From: a virus
Lineage: Duplodnaviria > Caudoviricetes
Length of the DNA: 56,572 nucleotides
Reading direction: 5' to 3' (one strand)
Virus record (IMG/VR): IMGVR_UViG_3300009506_000095
Span: 1 to 56,572 of that record
Positions within the stretch are counted from its first letter, which is position 1. The number at the start of each line of letters is the position of its first letter. The notes below the pieces were generated by a model that was given only the letters and a program-made list of their open reading frames with translations, did no database searches and had not been told where the DNA came from. Positions 21,088 to 30,700 of the stretch are shown here, one piece after another. Both the position numbers and the translations under genes were made by a program.

Positions 21088-21748
21088 TATAACCCTCATA
21101 TACTATACAGCTAATAGGATTCATAAGTCATTTGCTCTGAAGATAAGAGAAAACTTACAGGAATTAGCTGATAGTATTGAGTCTGAAATAATAAGTGTGT
21201 CTTGGAAGCCTATTGATTTTGGTAGAAATATATGTGTCGGAGAGCTTGAGTTTTTGCCATACAATGTTTATAAGCAGATACTCATAGGCTCTAAGGCAGC
21301 AAATACAGAGTATATAGGATGCTGTGAGGATGATTCTCTTTATAACATAGAGCACTTCTCCTATAGAAGTGATTGTTTCTCATATAATGTTAATAGATGG
21401 AATGTAGATTCCAGAGGAATTTATTACTACAGAAGAAGATCTGGAATGTGCATGTGCGTAGTCCCAAAAGAATTATTGATTGAGACACTGGAGAAAAGAT
21501 TTGAGAAATATCCAAAGGTTGTAAATAGAGATGAAAGGCCATATTTTGGTGAGCCTGGAAGGTATGAAGAGATACTTGGGCTTCCAGAAGTAAAGATGGA
21601 GACATTCACAACGAATGATCCAACATTAACCTTTAACCATAGACCGAGCCTTGGCGGGAAAAGAAAGATACTGAAAAGGGATATTGTTAAAAAATCAATC
21701 CCGTTTTGGGGAGATGCCGAGACTCTTTGGAGGGAATACTATAAATGA
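21080..21748 (+). CDS. Putative glycosyltransferase-like domain protein
   Basis: YYTAN, CCEDDSLY, FGEPG and IPFWG motifs shared with the C-terminal domain of 24376-26085. Confidence 0.6.
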   Translation: MSNITLIYYTANRIHKSFALKIRENLQELADSIESEIISVSWKPIDFGRNICVGELEFLPYNVYKQILIGSKAANTEYIGCCEDDSLYNIEHFSYRSDCFSYNVNRWNVDSRGIYYYRRRSGMCMCVVPKELLIETLEKRFEKYPKVVNRDERPYFGEPGRYEEILGLPEVKMETFTTNDPTLTFNHRPSLGGKRKILKRDIVKKSIPFWGDAETLWREYYK

Positions 21749-22506
21749 TAATGCCAGAATTAGTAGACGGATGTAGAGTTAAATGTAAATTATGCTGGAA
21801 TAGTTATCGTTACCCACCGATGACCGAGATGCCTTTGGAGATAGTCGAGAAGGTTCTTGAACGCCATCATGGTGATAAAATAGAATGGTTCAATTGGGGA
21901 GATCCACTTTTACACAAAGATATATACAAAATATCTGAGATGGTTAGGTTTACAAACTCAAGAATAAGCTCTTCACTTTCTCTTATGATGGATGAAGAGA
22001 AATTCGCTGCTGTAAAGAATTTCAAGTCTATTATAGTCTCCATATCAGGAATGACTGGAAGTGTATATAATATCTATCATAGAGCAGGTCTTTTTTCTCT
22101 TGTAGTAAGCAATCTCCACCAGCTTATAAGAAGAGAGAATAATATCATTATCAGATGGCTAGGGCATAAATATAACCAGCATCAGTATGCCCAGTGTAAG
22201 CAATTCTGCGAGAAGCATGATCTTAGATTCGACCCCATATTACTAAATGCTACTGTGGAAGATATGATGAATGGTATAGAGGATGATCTGATTGGGGATA
22301 AACATTCTGATGCTGGAAAATGTCGACTCCTAAAATGGGTTCCAATCGGAGTCGATGGATCATATCTCTTGTGCTGCGCTTCGCATAATATAAAGACAGG
22401 ATACACGATATTCGATGATATAACACCAAAGCAACTACTTCAGAGAAAGCTTGAGATGCCGTTCTGTATAAAATGTAGGGAAAGAGAGTTATGGAGAAGA
22501 TTATAG
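21745..22506 (+). CDS. Radical SAM protein with SPASM/twitch-like C-terminus
   Basis: CRVKCKLC (CxxxCxxC), FNWGDPLLH, C-terminal C..IGVDGSYLLCC..CIKC. Confidence 0.8.
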   Translation: MIMPELVDGCRVKCKLCWNSYRYPPMTEMPLEIVEKVLERHHGDKIEWFNWGDPLLHKDIYKISEMVRFTNSRISSSLSLMMDEEKFAAVKNFKSIIVSISGMTGSVYNIYHRAGLFSLVVSNLHQLIRRENNIIIRWLGHKYNQHQYAQCKQFCEKHDLRFDPILLNATVEDMMNGIEDDLIGDKHSDAGKCRLLKWVPIGVDGSYLLCCASHNIKTGYTIFDDITPKQLLQRKLEMPFCIKCRERELWRRL

Positions 22507-23123
22507 AAGTATTAATAGTAGACATAGATCGTTCACGTTACACAGATCAGCTACTTGGAGATATATCTAAGCAGACTGTAGAGCCAGATGTATTCCTGTT
22601 CATACAAGACTCTCATGATATGGTAGGGCTGAATAGGATATGGAATGCTTTCTATGAGCAATCTGAATGTAAATACCTTTCTTTTCTGAACAATGATATT
22701 AGAATACCTAAAAATTTTATTGAAGATACGTTGGATATATTTGAAAAAGAGAGTGATGTTAGCATAGTAGTCCATTCTACAAATCATCCAGATTATACAG
22801 ATGTTACAGATCTTAATTATGTTATATATGATAGCGATCTTTGTCAGGGATGGGACTTCACTATAAGGAGAGAAGATTATGTTAGAATCCCTGATGATTT
22901 GGACACTTTTGGAGGTGATGATTTCTTATTCTATAATCAGTATAGAAATGGCAACAAGGTTGCTGTAGCAATATCATCGCCTATAATTCATTACCATGCT
23001 AAGAGTAGGCATTATTTCAGAGGAGACAGGCAGAAAGAGCGTGATAACCTTAGAAAATATGTCCCAGAACGGATGACATATTATTCTAGATATTCTAGGA
23101 GAGATCCATGCCAGATGGTTTAG
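22491..23123 (+). CDS. GT2-like glycosyltransferase
   Basis: WNAF, YLSFLNNDIRI, GWDFTIRR, FGGDDFL, IIHYH. Confidence 0.75.
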   Translation: MEKIIEVLIVDIDRSRYTDQLLGDISKQTVEPDVFLFIQDSHDMVGLNRIWNAFYEQSECKYLSFLNNDIRIPKNFIEDTLDIFEKESDVSIVVHSTNHPDYTDVTDLNYVIYDSDLCQGWDFTIRREDYVRIPDDLDTFGGDDFLFYNQYRNGNKVAVAISSPIIHYHAKSRHYFRGDRQKERDNLRKYVPERMTYYSRYSRRDPCQMV

Positions 23124-23776
23124 TCGTATCAGTACCAAAGAGTGGAAGGACTTGGTTGAGAGGATTCTTGATTCTATATGAGAAAGTATCTTCAGAGAAA
23201 ATTGATGTACTATACTCTCATAACTGGAGAAGCCTAAATGTAAAAAGAGTGCTTCTTGTAAGAGATCCACTAGATATACTTGTAAGTGACTATCACCATC
23301 TAAAATACAGAAGTAAGAAGAAAACTGGAAGGCTAAAGAATATAAAAGCTTTCATAAGAAGTGGATGGGGAGTGCGTAAAATAAATAGATACTGGAGTAA
23401 TTGGATTCATGAAATAGATGAAAAAGTCCTTGAAGTAAGATATGAAGATCTATTCAATAATGTATGGTGCGAGATTCTGGATTGGTTTGATATAAAGATA
23501 AATAATGATGTTGTTGAGGTAGTGGATAATATATGCAAATTCAAGAATATGAAAAACAATTTAAGCCTATTCAGAGATCACGAAGATGGCTGGAGATTTC
23601 TGCCTTCGGAGAATGGAAATATGGTGGATAACCCGACTGATAACAATGCTCATAAACTTAGGAGGGGAAAAGTTGGCGGTTATGTAGATTATCTTGACGA
23701 AGATGATATAAACTATGTAAGAAGTTCAATGCCAGTCGCTGGACGATGGTATGAGGAATATAAGGGGGCAAAATGA
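23108..23776 (+). CDS. PAPS-dependent sulfotransferase
   Basis: 5'-PSB SVPKSGRTWL, 3'-PB LVRDPLDILVS, RYEDL, C-terminal RRGKVGGYVDYL. Confidence 0.9.
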   Translation: MPDGLVVSVPKSGRTWLRGFLILYEKVSSEKIDVLYSHNWRSLNVKRVLLVRDPLDILVSDYHHLKYRSKKKTGRLKNIKAFIRSGWGVRKINRYWSNWIHEIDEKVLEVRYEDLFNNVWCEILDWFDIKINNDVVEVVDNICKFKNMKNNLSLFRDHEDGWRFLPSENGNMVDNPTDNNAHKLRRGKVGGYVDYLDEDDINYVRSSMPVAGRWYEEYKGAK

Positions 23777-24366
23777 GTAGGATAGATGAAGCAATAAAGG
23801 CAAAGTTCAGAATAAAGAGAGGTGATAACCTTCCATACACTGGGTGGGCAAATTGGGATAGAAATATGCTTGCCGAGCTATTCAAGGACGTTGGATTTAC
23901 GCTTGGTGCTGAAGTTGGTGTAAGAAAAGGTGAATATACAAGAATACTATGTGATGCTAATCCTGAATTAAAGATGTTCTGCATAGACCCATATACTGCC
24001 TACAATCGAGTGTCCAATGATAGACAGGCAAGATACTTTAGGAATGCGGAGCGTAGGCTGAGAGGATGTAATGTAGAATTTATAAAGAAAACGAGTATGG
24101 ATGCTCTTGAGGATATTCAAGACAGGACTCTTGATTTTGTATATATAGATGGAAGGCATGAATTCGATTTTATTATGCCTGATATTATCTTCTGGTCAAG
24201 AAAGGTTAAGCGTGGAGGGATAGTCTCAGGTCATGATTACTATTATTTCTATCAAGGCGGTGTGGTAGACGCAGTAAATGCTTATACTCGCACCCATAAT
24301 ATCCAAGAGTGGTATTTGACCCAAGAGCGTCATCCATCTTGGTTTTGGGTAAACAGATGGTCTTAG
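23773..24366 (+). CDS. Class I SAM methyltransferase (Methyltransf_24-like)
   Basis: GAEVGVRKG, CIDPY, LDFVYIDGRH, KRGGIVSGHDY. Confidence 0.88.
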   Translation: MSRIDEAIKAKFRIKRGDNLPYTGWANWDRNMLAELFKDVGFTLGAEVGVRKGEYTRILCDANPELKMFCIDPYTAYNRVSNDRQARYFRNAERRLRGCNVEFIKKTSMDALEDIQDRTLDFVYIDGRHEFDFIMPDIIFWSRKVKRGGIVSGHDYYYFYQGGVVDAVNAYTRTHNIQEWYLTQERHPSWFWVNRWS

Positions 24367-24375
24367 GGGGCTAAT

Positions 24376-26085
24376 ATGACAGATCTATCAATAATTATAC
24401 CAAGCAGAAATGAAGAATTTCTCACCAACACAATAGACAATATTCTTGAGAATATAAGAGGGAATACTGAAGTTATAGCCATCCTTGATGGCTATTTGCC
24501 TATGTTTCCGATTGCTCAGAATGAAAGAGTCAATGTAGTCCTACTCGAAGAATCCATAGGGCAGAGGGCTGCTACAAACTTGGGTGCTAAATTAAGCTCT
24601 TCTGAATTTATAATGAAGTGCGATGCCCATTGTGCTTTTGATGAAGGGTTTGATGTTAAGCTTATGGAAGATTGCGAGTATGATTGGACTGTTGTTCCAG
24701 CTATGTATAATCTCCATGCCTTCGATTGGCAATGTGATAGTTGCGGTGGAAGAGCTTATCAAGGAGTAAAGCCTACAAAGTGTATCGCATGCGGTAGCAA
24801 CTCTGGTAAATTCACTAAGAAGATTATATGGGAAGCAAAGAGTAATCCAAGATCAGAGTTCTATTACATAGACAGTGTTGATCTAAGATTCAAATACTGG
24901 AGACAGTTCAAGAAAAGGCCAGAAGCCCAACCAGACTTAGCACCTACTCTTGGAAATCTTGGGGCATGCTTCTTTATGCACCGTGATAGATTTTTCGATT
25001 TAGGTGGAATGGATGAAGAGCATGGCTCTTGGGGTCAATTCGGAACTGAGGTATCGCTTAAGGCTTGGTGCTCTGGGGGCAAACAGCTTACTAATAAAAA
25101 GACTTGGTTTGCCCATATGTTCAGAACTGGAGATGGCTTCGGTTTCCCTTACAAGTTATCTGGAAAGCAGGTGCGAGAAGCAAGAAGGTACTCAAATGAT
25201 TTCTGGAGGAATAATAAGTGGCCTTTAGCTGTAAGGACTCTAGATGATGTTATAGAGCAATTCAAACCAGTTCCTACTTGGCACGATGATGATGGAGAAA
25301 GGACTGTAGAGGCCAAAGAAGTCACAGAGCCCAAGAAGGAAAAGAAAATAAAGGTTGGAGAGACAAAAGGGTTGGTTTACTATACTGATAATCAGGCAGA
25401 AGAGAGAATACTTCTTGCTGCCAGGAATCAGATTGAAAGATCTAGAAATGGTCATGCTTTAGTCTCTGTTTCTCAATATCCTATTAAATTTGGTAAGAAT
25501 TTTGTCATGGGTCTTGAGAGATCTTCTCTTTCTATGTTTAAACAGATACTTAAGGGTATCCAAGAAATAGATGCAGACATTATTTTTCTTACCGAGCATG
25601 ATGTTCTTTATAATAGTTCTCATTTTGATTTTACTCCCAAGAGAAAAGATGTTTATTACTACAATAATAATGTATGGAAAGTAGATGCGAGTGATGGAAA
25701 AACTCTGCATCATAATAAGATTAAGCAGGTTTCTGCCTTGGTCGCCTATAAAAGCCTCCTCCTAGAACATTATGAGAGAAGGGTTGAGTACATAGAGAAG
25801 AATGGATGGAGGAGGAAGATTGGTTATGAGCCTGGGAAGAAAATGAGACATGGCGGTTTGGATGATTACAGATATAGATATTTCTCATCAGAATACCCTA
25901 TCATAGACATAAAGCATCCAAATACAAAAACAAAGGGCAGGTTCAACTTAGATGAATACCGATGTAAGGATAGCATAAAAGATTCTTGGGAAATATCAGA
26001 CTCAGTACCATTTTGGGGGGTCACTAAGGGTAGATTTAGTGAATTTCTTAGAGATGTAATAACTGGAGATATAAAGATTGGGTAG
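24376..26085 (+). CDS. Two-domain glycosyltransferase: GT27/ppGalNAc-T-like domain with Zn-ribbon insert plus a second GT-A-like domain
   Basis: SIIIPSRNE, KCDAHC, CDSC..CIAC insert, GGMDEEHGSWGQFGTEVSLKAWCSGG, WFAHMFR; C-terminal YYTDN..TEHDVLY..YEPG..VPFWG. Confidence 0.85.
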   Translation: MTDLSIIIPSRNEEFLTNTIDNILENIRGNTEVIAILDGYLPMFPIAQNERVNVVLLEESIGQRAATNLGAKLSSSEFIMKCDAHCAFDEGFDVKLMEDCEYDWTVVPAMYNLHAFDWQCDSCGGRAYQGVKPTKCIACGSNSGKFTKKIIWEAKSNPRSEFYYIDSVDLRFKYWRQFKKRPEAQPDLAPTLGNLGACFFMHRDRFFDLGGMDEEHGSWGQFGTEVSLKAWCSGGKQLTNKKTWFAHMFRTGDGFGFPYKLSGKQVREARRYSNDFWRNNKWPLAVRTLDDVIEQFKPVPTWHDDDGERTVEAKEVTEPKKEKKIKVGETKGLVYYTDNQAEERILLAARNQIERSRNGHALVSVSQYPIKFGKNFVMGLERSSLSMFKQILKGIQEIDADIIFLTEHDVLYNSSHFDFTPKRKDVYYYNNNVWKVDASDGKTLHHNKIKQVSALVAYKSLLLEHYERRVEYIEKNGWRRKIGYEPGKKMRHGGLDDYRYRYFSSEYPIIDIKHPNTKTKGRFNLDEYRCKDSIKDSWEISDSVPFWGVTKGRFSEFLRDVITGDIKIG

Positions 26086-26094
26086 GTATTACAT

Positions 26095-26337
26095 ATGGCA
26101 AAATTTATGAAGAAGAAACCTGTTCCAGAGAGAGTAATGCTTGATGGGAAACATGGTGGTGCAAATTCAATATGCCAAACTCTCAGGAATATGTATTTAA
26201 AAACCGATGATGAATATATGAAATATAATCTAAGACTAGTTATGGCTATGGCAAAGAGTATGAATAGAAGGCTAAAAGACAATAAGATAAAAATTGAAAA
26301 GTATGAGGAAGAACTAAATGTCATACAAAAGGCGTGA
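26095..26337 (+). CDS. Small helical hypothetical protein (tandem paralog 1)
   Basis: PVPERVML..ICQTLR..Y..T.DE....LRL.MAMAK.MN shared with the next gene. Confidence 0.65.
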   Translation: MAKFMKKKPVPERVMLDGKHGGANSICQTLRNMYLKTDDEYMKYNLRLVMAMAKSMNRRLKDNKIKIEKYEEELNVIQKA

Positions 26338-26533
26338 ACCTGTCCCAGAGAAAGTTATGCTTAATGAACGCTATCATGGCCACCATACAATATGTCAGAC
26401 ATTAAGAGATATATATGTTGAGACAGAGGATGAAGAGATAAAACTTAAGTTAAGACTTGCTATGGCAATGGCGAAAGCTATGAATGATAAGTTGAAAAAG
26501 TATAAAAAGATGTATGATGAAAAAAAAACATAG
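26318..26533 (+). CDS. Small helical hypothetical protein (tandem paralog 2)
   Basis: Clear similarity to 26095-26337; GAGG RBS. Confidence 0.65.
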   Translation: MSYKRREPVPEKVMLNERYHGHHTICQTLRDIYVETEDEEIKLKLRLAMAMAKAMNDKLKKYKKMYDEKKT

Positions 26534-26575
26534 ACTTTTACAGAAACATGGTATAAAATTTACTTAGTAAATTTT
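26531..26575 (+). promoter_or_regulatory. Candidate sigma70-like promoter with overlapping palindrome
   Basis: TAGACT-17 nt-TAAAAT; AAAATTTACT-t-AGTAAATTTT at 26555-26575. Confidence 0.35.
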
Positions 26576-26586
26576 TAGGAGTAGAT

Positions 26587-26943
26587 ATGGCAGATTTCCC
26601 AACATCAGTTATAGAGATAAGAGGTACTTCAGACAACTGGGGCCCATTTAATTTCGATATATCAAATAGGATGCCAAGTGGGGATACAGTAACAAGCTTT
26701 ACAACTAAAGCTTATGTAGGGACAGTACAACCGACAGATACGCTAACTAGTTTTACAGAAATATCTGCAAATCTGATAGAGTCTAACCCTGCTCCTTCCA
26801 ATACGGATACGATTTTAAGCATTTACATGAAGTACCCAGGCAATACATATAAAGGGGAAAGTATAACATTAGTCTTTGATGTTACATTTACTAATCATAG
26901 TGGTGTTCATCCGTATTATTTTCACCACGTAAAAATTCAATAA
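26587..26943 (+). CDS. Hypothetical beta-sandwich virion protein
   Basis: AGGAG RBS; beta-rich; precedes the neck genes. Confidence 0.5.
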   Translation: MADFPTSVIEIRGTSDNWGPFNFDISNRMPSGDTVTSFTTKAYVGTVQPTDTLTSFTEISANLIESNPAPSNTDTILSIYMKYPGNTYKGESITLVFDVTFTNHSGVHPYYFHHVKIQ

Positions 26944-26964
26944 TGGGGCAGAGGCAGATCTAAA

Positions 26965-27270
26965 ATGGTAAAAGATAAAAAGCTTGCTGATAATGGTATA
27001 TCTATTATTGATTTTAAAAACATGGAACAGGAAGATAAAGACTGGTACATGTACCAGAAGCTAAATAGTATATCAATAGCGATAGATAATTTAGCACAGA
27101 AGGTATGTGGGCAGGGTTTGGATTGTCCAGAAAGATTAAAGAGCTGTAATAAAAAGTTTAGATATGTTTTTATTGCGATTGGTGTTATCTTACTTCTTGT
27201 CATAACCAATGGAGCTACCGATGGTAAGCTCTTAGATTCGATTTCTACATTTATAAAAGTAATCCTATAA
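26965..27270 (+). CDS. Small membrane protein
   Basis: One hydrophobic segment YVFIAIGVILLLVI after a basic patch. Confidence 0.55.
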   Translation: MVKDKKLADNGISIIDFKNMEQEDKDWYMYQKLNSISIAIDNLAQKVCGQGLDCPERLKSCNKKFRYVFIAIGVILLLVITNGATDGKLLDSISTFIKVIL

Positions 27271-27271
27271 T

Positions 27272-27314
27272 AAGATATAGGGTAAAATTTTAAAGCCCTT
27301 CTAGGGGCTTGTCA
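27272..27314 (+). repeat. Dispersed bipartite repeat AAGATATAG-N20-CTAGGRGCYTGTCA, copy 1
   Basis: Same two blocks with identical spacing at 53699-53741. Confidence 0.55.
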
Positions 27315-27336
27315 GAGCGTTGTAGGGATATATAAA

Positions 27337-28509
27337 ATGGCAATTACTACCTTGGCAGAAAATCTATCCTTTTTAGGAATAGATAATCAGTATTTCGATA
27401 TTACTGGTGGGAATGATGAGTTAGTATTCACGAGTTCAAGGGCTGGCCCCAGAACTATTACCGTAACCCATGGGAGTTATGACTGTGAAGAATTAGCAGA
27501 CCAATTAGAATCAGACATGAATGATGATTCGACTCTTACTGGTAGTGGTGCTATAACCTTTTCTGTTTCCTATTCATCTACCACTTATAAGTTTACTATA
27601 GATGCTGGGGCAGGAGAAACTATAGCATATACACACTCTGGGAGTTCAGCAGGGTTCGAATTTGGTTTCGATGATGATCATTCTGCTGCCCAAACCATAA
27701 CCTCTGATAATCCTGTAGGTGACCCTACTACTATCATCTCCACTATAAAAGATGATGTTGAGGATTTTGTATCTAATTATTGTAACAGAACATTCGAATC
27801 AACATCATACTCACTAGAAGAATATAATGGAAGGGGCTATAATAAAATATTGCTAAAAAATTACCCTGTTACTACATTAGATAGGGTTTCCATAGGAACT
27901 AGGGATGCTATAAAGATCAGCAACTCGAACACAGGAACCAGTGCTACAGTTTCTGTTCTTTCTACAGGTCTGAGATTGGTTCTTGATGGATCAGCAGATG
28001 TTACAGTAACATTTGCTACCTACACAACAATATCTACTGTAGTGTCTGCGGTTAATGCTCTTGGTAATGGCTGGTCTGCTTCTGTATTAAGTTCCAGCCT
28101 CAGCTCTTTCAAATCAACTGAACTTTTACCAAGACAGGCTGCTAACTGCTTATCAAGTACTTGGATATATCTACAGATTCCTGATATAGCAGAATATGAT
28201 ATCCAAACTGACTTGAATGCTGGAATTTTAGTCCTTTCATATCCAGTTACTTCTGGTTTTAAGAATATATTTATAGACTATACAGCTGGATACTCAAGCA
28301 GCACCATGCCTGATGATTTAAAGCTTGCTATCTTTATACTTGTTCAATATGTATATGAGAAAGCTAAAAAATCAATGTTCGGTCTTGAAACATATAACAT
28401 AGGTACTGGTGGGACTACTGGTCTCCGTATGATATATGAGAAAGAAAAGAAAGATTTTCCAAGAGAAGCAATAAATATCCTAGGAAGATACAGAAGGTAT
28501 AAAGTATAA
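27337..28509 (+). CDS. Head-tail connector/adaptor (gp6/gp15-like) with inserted beta-rich domains
   Basis: VSNYCNRTF, LKNYPV, IDYTAGY...MPDDLKLAI, ILGRYRR. Confidence 0.8.
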   Translation: MAITTLAENLSFLGIDNQYFDITGGNDELVFTSSRAGPRTITVTHGSYDCEELADQLESDMNDDSTLTGSGAITFSVSYSSTTYKFTIDAGAGETIAYTHSGSSAGFEFGFDDDHSAAQTITSDNPVGDPTTIISTIKDDVEDFVSNYCNRTFESTSYSLEEYNGRGYNKILLKNYPVTTLDRVSIGTRDAIKISNSNTGTSATVSVLSTGLRLVLDGSADVTVTFATYTTISTVVSAVNALGNGWSASVLSSSLSSFKSTELLPRQAANCLSSTWIYLQIPDIAEYDIQTDLNAGILVLSYPVTSGFKNIFIDYTAGYSSSTMPDDLKLAIFILVQYVYEKAKKSMFGLETYNIGTGGTTGLRMIYEKEKKDFPREAINILGRYRRYKV

Positions 28510-28510
28510 A

Positions 28511-28834
28511 ATGATTGGCCCAACAATTGAGCTTGTCCTTGAAAGATATTCAAGTACAGATGATGGGGGCGGTAGCAGTACAAAATCTTGGACTAGCAAG
28601 AGAAGAATAAGAGGAATACTTGTATCAGTTCGTGGTGATACTATTGTATCAGAGGGCAGGGAGACTGTAAGGATAACCCATAAATTTTGGACAGATTATC
28701 AGAAAGGCATCGACATCAGCGAGAAGGATGAATTCTCAAGATCAGGATATAAAGAAAGATACAGAGTAGTGTATGTAGATGATACGCTTGCTATGGAGCA
28801 AATCCTTATAATCGAACTGATGAGAATTAAGTAA
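28511..28834 (+). CDS. Head-closure protein (SPP1 gp16-like)
   Basis: DDGGGS...W, THKFWTDY...I.EKD, YRVVYVD; size and synteny. Confidence 0.75.
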   Translation: MIGPTIELVLERYSSTDDGGGSSTKSWTSKRRIRGILVSVRGDTIVSEGRETVRITHKFWTDYQKGIDISEKDEFSRSGYKERYRVVYVDDTLAMEQILIIELMRIK

Positions 28835-29307
28835 TGGAGCTTAAATTTAATATAAATAAATACAGAGCTGCTATAATAAAAGATCTTGAATCTGCTCTTG
28901 TTAGAGTTGGTAAGAATCTTGTTGATGATGTTAGAGAGTCTATGACAGCAGGTTCTGGAAGAAAATACAATGTGGGCGGTAAATCTCACCAAGCATCTGC
29001 TGCGGGTGAGCCACCTTCTCCGATAACTGGAAGGCTGAGAGACTCTGTTATGTACACAACAAATTTCGGGAGAAAGTCTAGGATGGGTGGTGCTGCCTGG
29101 GCTTCTGATGAACTTCCTGAAATAATGAGTGGAAGTAGAACAGAACTTGTTCTTGTAGTTGGCTCTGGCGCTCCATATGCTCTCGATCTTGAGAAAGGTG
29201 TTAAAAAAGCAACAAGCAGAAGAAAGAAGATGCAACCAAGACCTTTCATGAGACCTGCTCTTATGAGAAGTAGAGAGATGATAAAAGCTGAGTTTGGGAT
29301 AAAATAA
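28834..29307 (+). CDS. HK97 gp10-like neck protein
   Basis: HQASAAGEPP..TGRLRDS, APYALDLEKG, MQPRPFMRPAL. Confidence 0.85.
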   Translation: MELKFNINKYRAAIIKDLESALVRVGKNLVDDVRESMTAGSGRKYNVGGKSHQASAAGEPPSPITGRLRDSVMYTTNFGRKSRMGGAAWASDELPEIMSGSRTELVLVVGSGAPYALDLEKGVKKATSRRKKMQPRPFMRPALMRSREMIKAEFGIK

Positions 29308-29717
29308 TGTCTGTAAATGCTATAAGAAAAGCAATATATGAAGCCTTCACAGATGATGATCTTTCAGAGCTTTATATGAATACTTCTGGAAGAATGTACT
29401 TCTATGAAGCTCCAGAAGAGACTGATAGACCATACTGCATATTCAAACTGTTTGATCAGAATTATGATTTTACTTTTGATCAAGACATTGAGTTTGAAGA
29501 GGTTATGATCCAATTTGAATATTATAGTACTACGGCAGAGGATTGTGATGATGGCATATCTTATATTTTAACTATGTATGATTTCGCTGACTTAGATATA
29601 ACTGGTTATACCTGCCTAAGAATGGAAAGGCAGACCGTACTCCACCCAGAGAGAATCGAGCCTGAAGGGGAATGGGTTGGAATAGTAAGCTATTCACTAT
29701 TAGTACAGGAAGAATAA
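29307..29717 (+). CDS. Tail terminator/completion protein (DUF3168-like)
   Basis: AIYEA, RMYFYEAPE...PYCIF, IQFEYY; synteny. Confidence 0.7.
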   Translation: MSVNAIRKAIYEAFTDDDLSELYMNTSGRMYFYEAPEETDRPYCIFKLFDQNYDFTFDQDIEFEEVMIQFEYYSTTAEDCDDGISYILTMYDFADLDITGYTCLRMERQTVLHPERIEPEGEWVGIVSYSLLVQEE

Positions 29718-30691
29718 TGGATTACAAGAAAGCAAGCTACTCAGCAGCAGATAGCCTACCTGTAAAGATTATACAAAGTTATGATATAGCAGAGTCGATA
29801 GAAAAGAATGGATGCCTTTTGCCTTTACATGTACAGTTTATGCCTACAAATCATTGTAATCTTAACTGTAGATTCTGTAGTTGTAGAGATGATGATAGAA
29901 CTACGGAAATGAGTTTCATAGAAGTCTGTGAGCTTTCATCTATTCTCTCTGAACTTGGTACAAAGGCTATGACAATAACAGGCGGTGGTGAGCCACTAAT
30001 GCATAGCCAGATAAATGATATCATAGATATATTCTATAACTCAGGGATAGAAATAGGGCTAGTCACTAATGGCTTAAGGCTATCAAGATTAGTGAATCCT
30101 GATAGAATAACTTGGTGTAGGATAAGTCATAGTGATGAAAGAAAGTTCACAAAAGAGTACAGAGACTATCTCAAGCATTATGTCCTTAATGGAAACGAAG
30201 TTGATTGGTCGTTTAGCTATGTACTAGGAAGGTATCCAGACTATGATAATCTTGAAGAAGTAATAAGATTTGCTAATGAGAATAACTTCACCCATGTAAG
30301 GATAGTCTCTGATATAATGCAACCAAGCAACATACCGAGTGCCACAGTTGAGGCTTACTTGAGGAAAAATGTCGATTGCTCTAATGTAATCTTCCAAGCG
30401 AGAAATAAGCCAACTCGTGGTGGCGATTGTTATATATGCTATTTGAAACCTGTAATCTCTGCTGATGGGAGAGTTTACACATGCTGTGGTGCTCAGTATG
30501 CTATAAATAGCAAGGATAAGAGAAGAATGGCTGATGAATTATGCTTAGGGCATTTCAGAGAATTGCCTGAGATAATAGACATGAGCAGTCTGCCGTTTGA
30601 TGGATCTATATGTGATGTATGCTATTACTCCCAATATAACAATCTATTAGGGATGATGCTTACAGATTTAGATCATGAAAATTTTGTATAA
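29717..30691 (+). CDS. Radical SAM/SPASM domain protein
   Basis: CNLNCRFC, TGGGEPL, GLVTNG, C..CY..PVISADGRVYTCC..CDVC; start at the TAATG overlap 29717. Confidence 0.88.
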   Translation: MDYKKASYSAADSLPVKIIQSYDIAESIEKNGCLLPLHVQFMPTNHCNLNCRFCSCRDDDRTTEMSFIEVCELSSILSELGTKAMTITGGGEPLMHSQINDIIDIFYNSGIEIGLVTNGLRLSRLVNPDRITWCRISHSDERKFTKEYRDYLKHYVLNGNEVDWSFSYVLGRYPDYDNLEEVIRFANENNFTHVRIVSDIMQPSNIPSATVEAYLRKNVDCSNVIFQARNKPTRGGDCYICYLKPVISADGRVYTCCGAQYAINSKDKRRMADELCLGHFRELPEIIDMSSLPFDGSICDVCYYSQYNNLLGMMLTDLDHENFV

Positions 30692-30700
30692 GGGGGCTAA

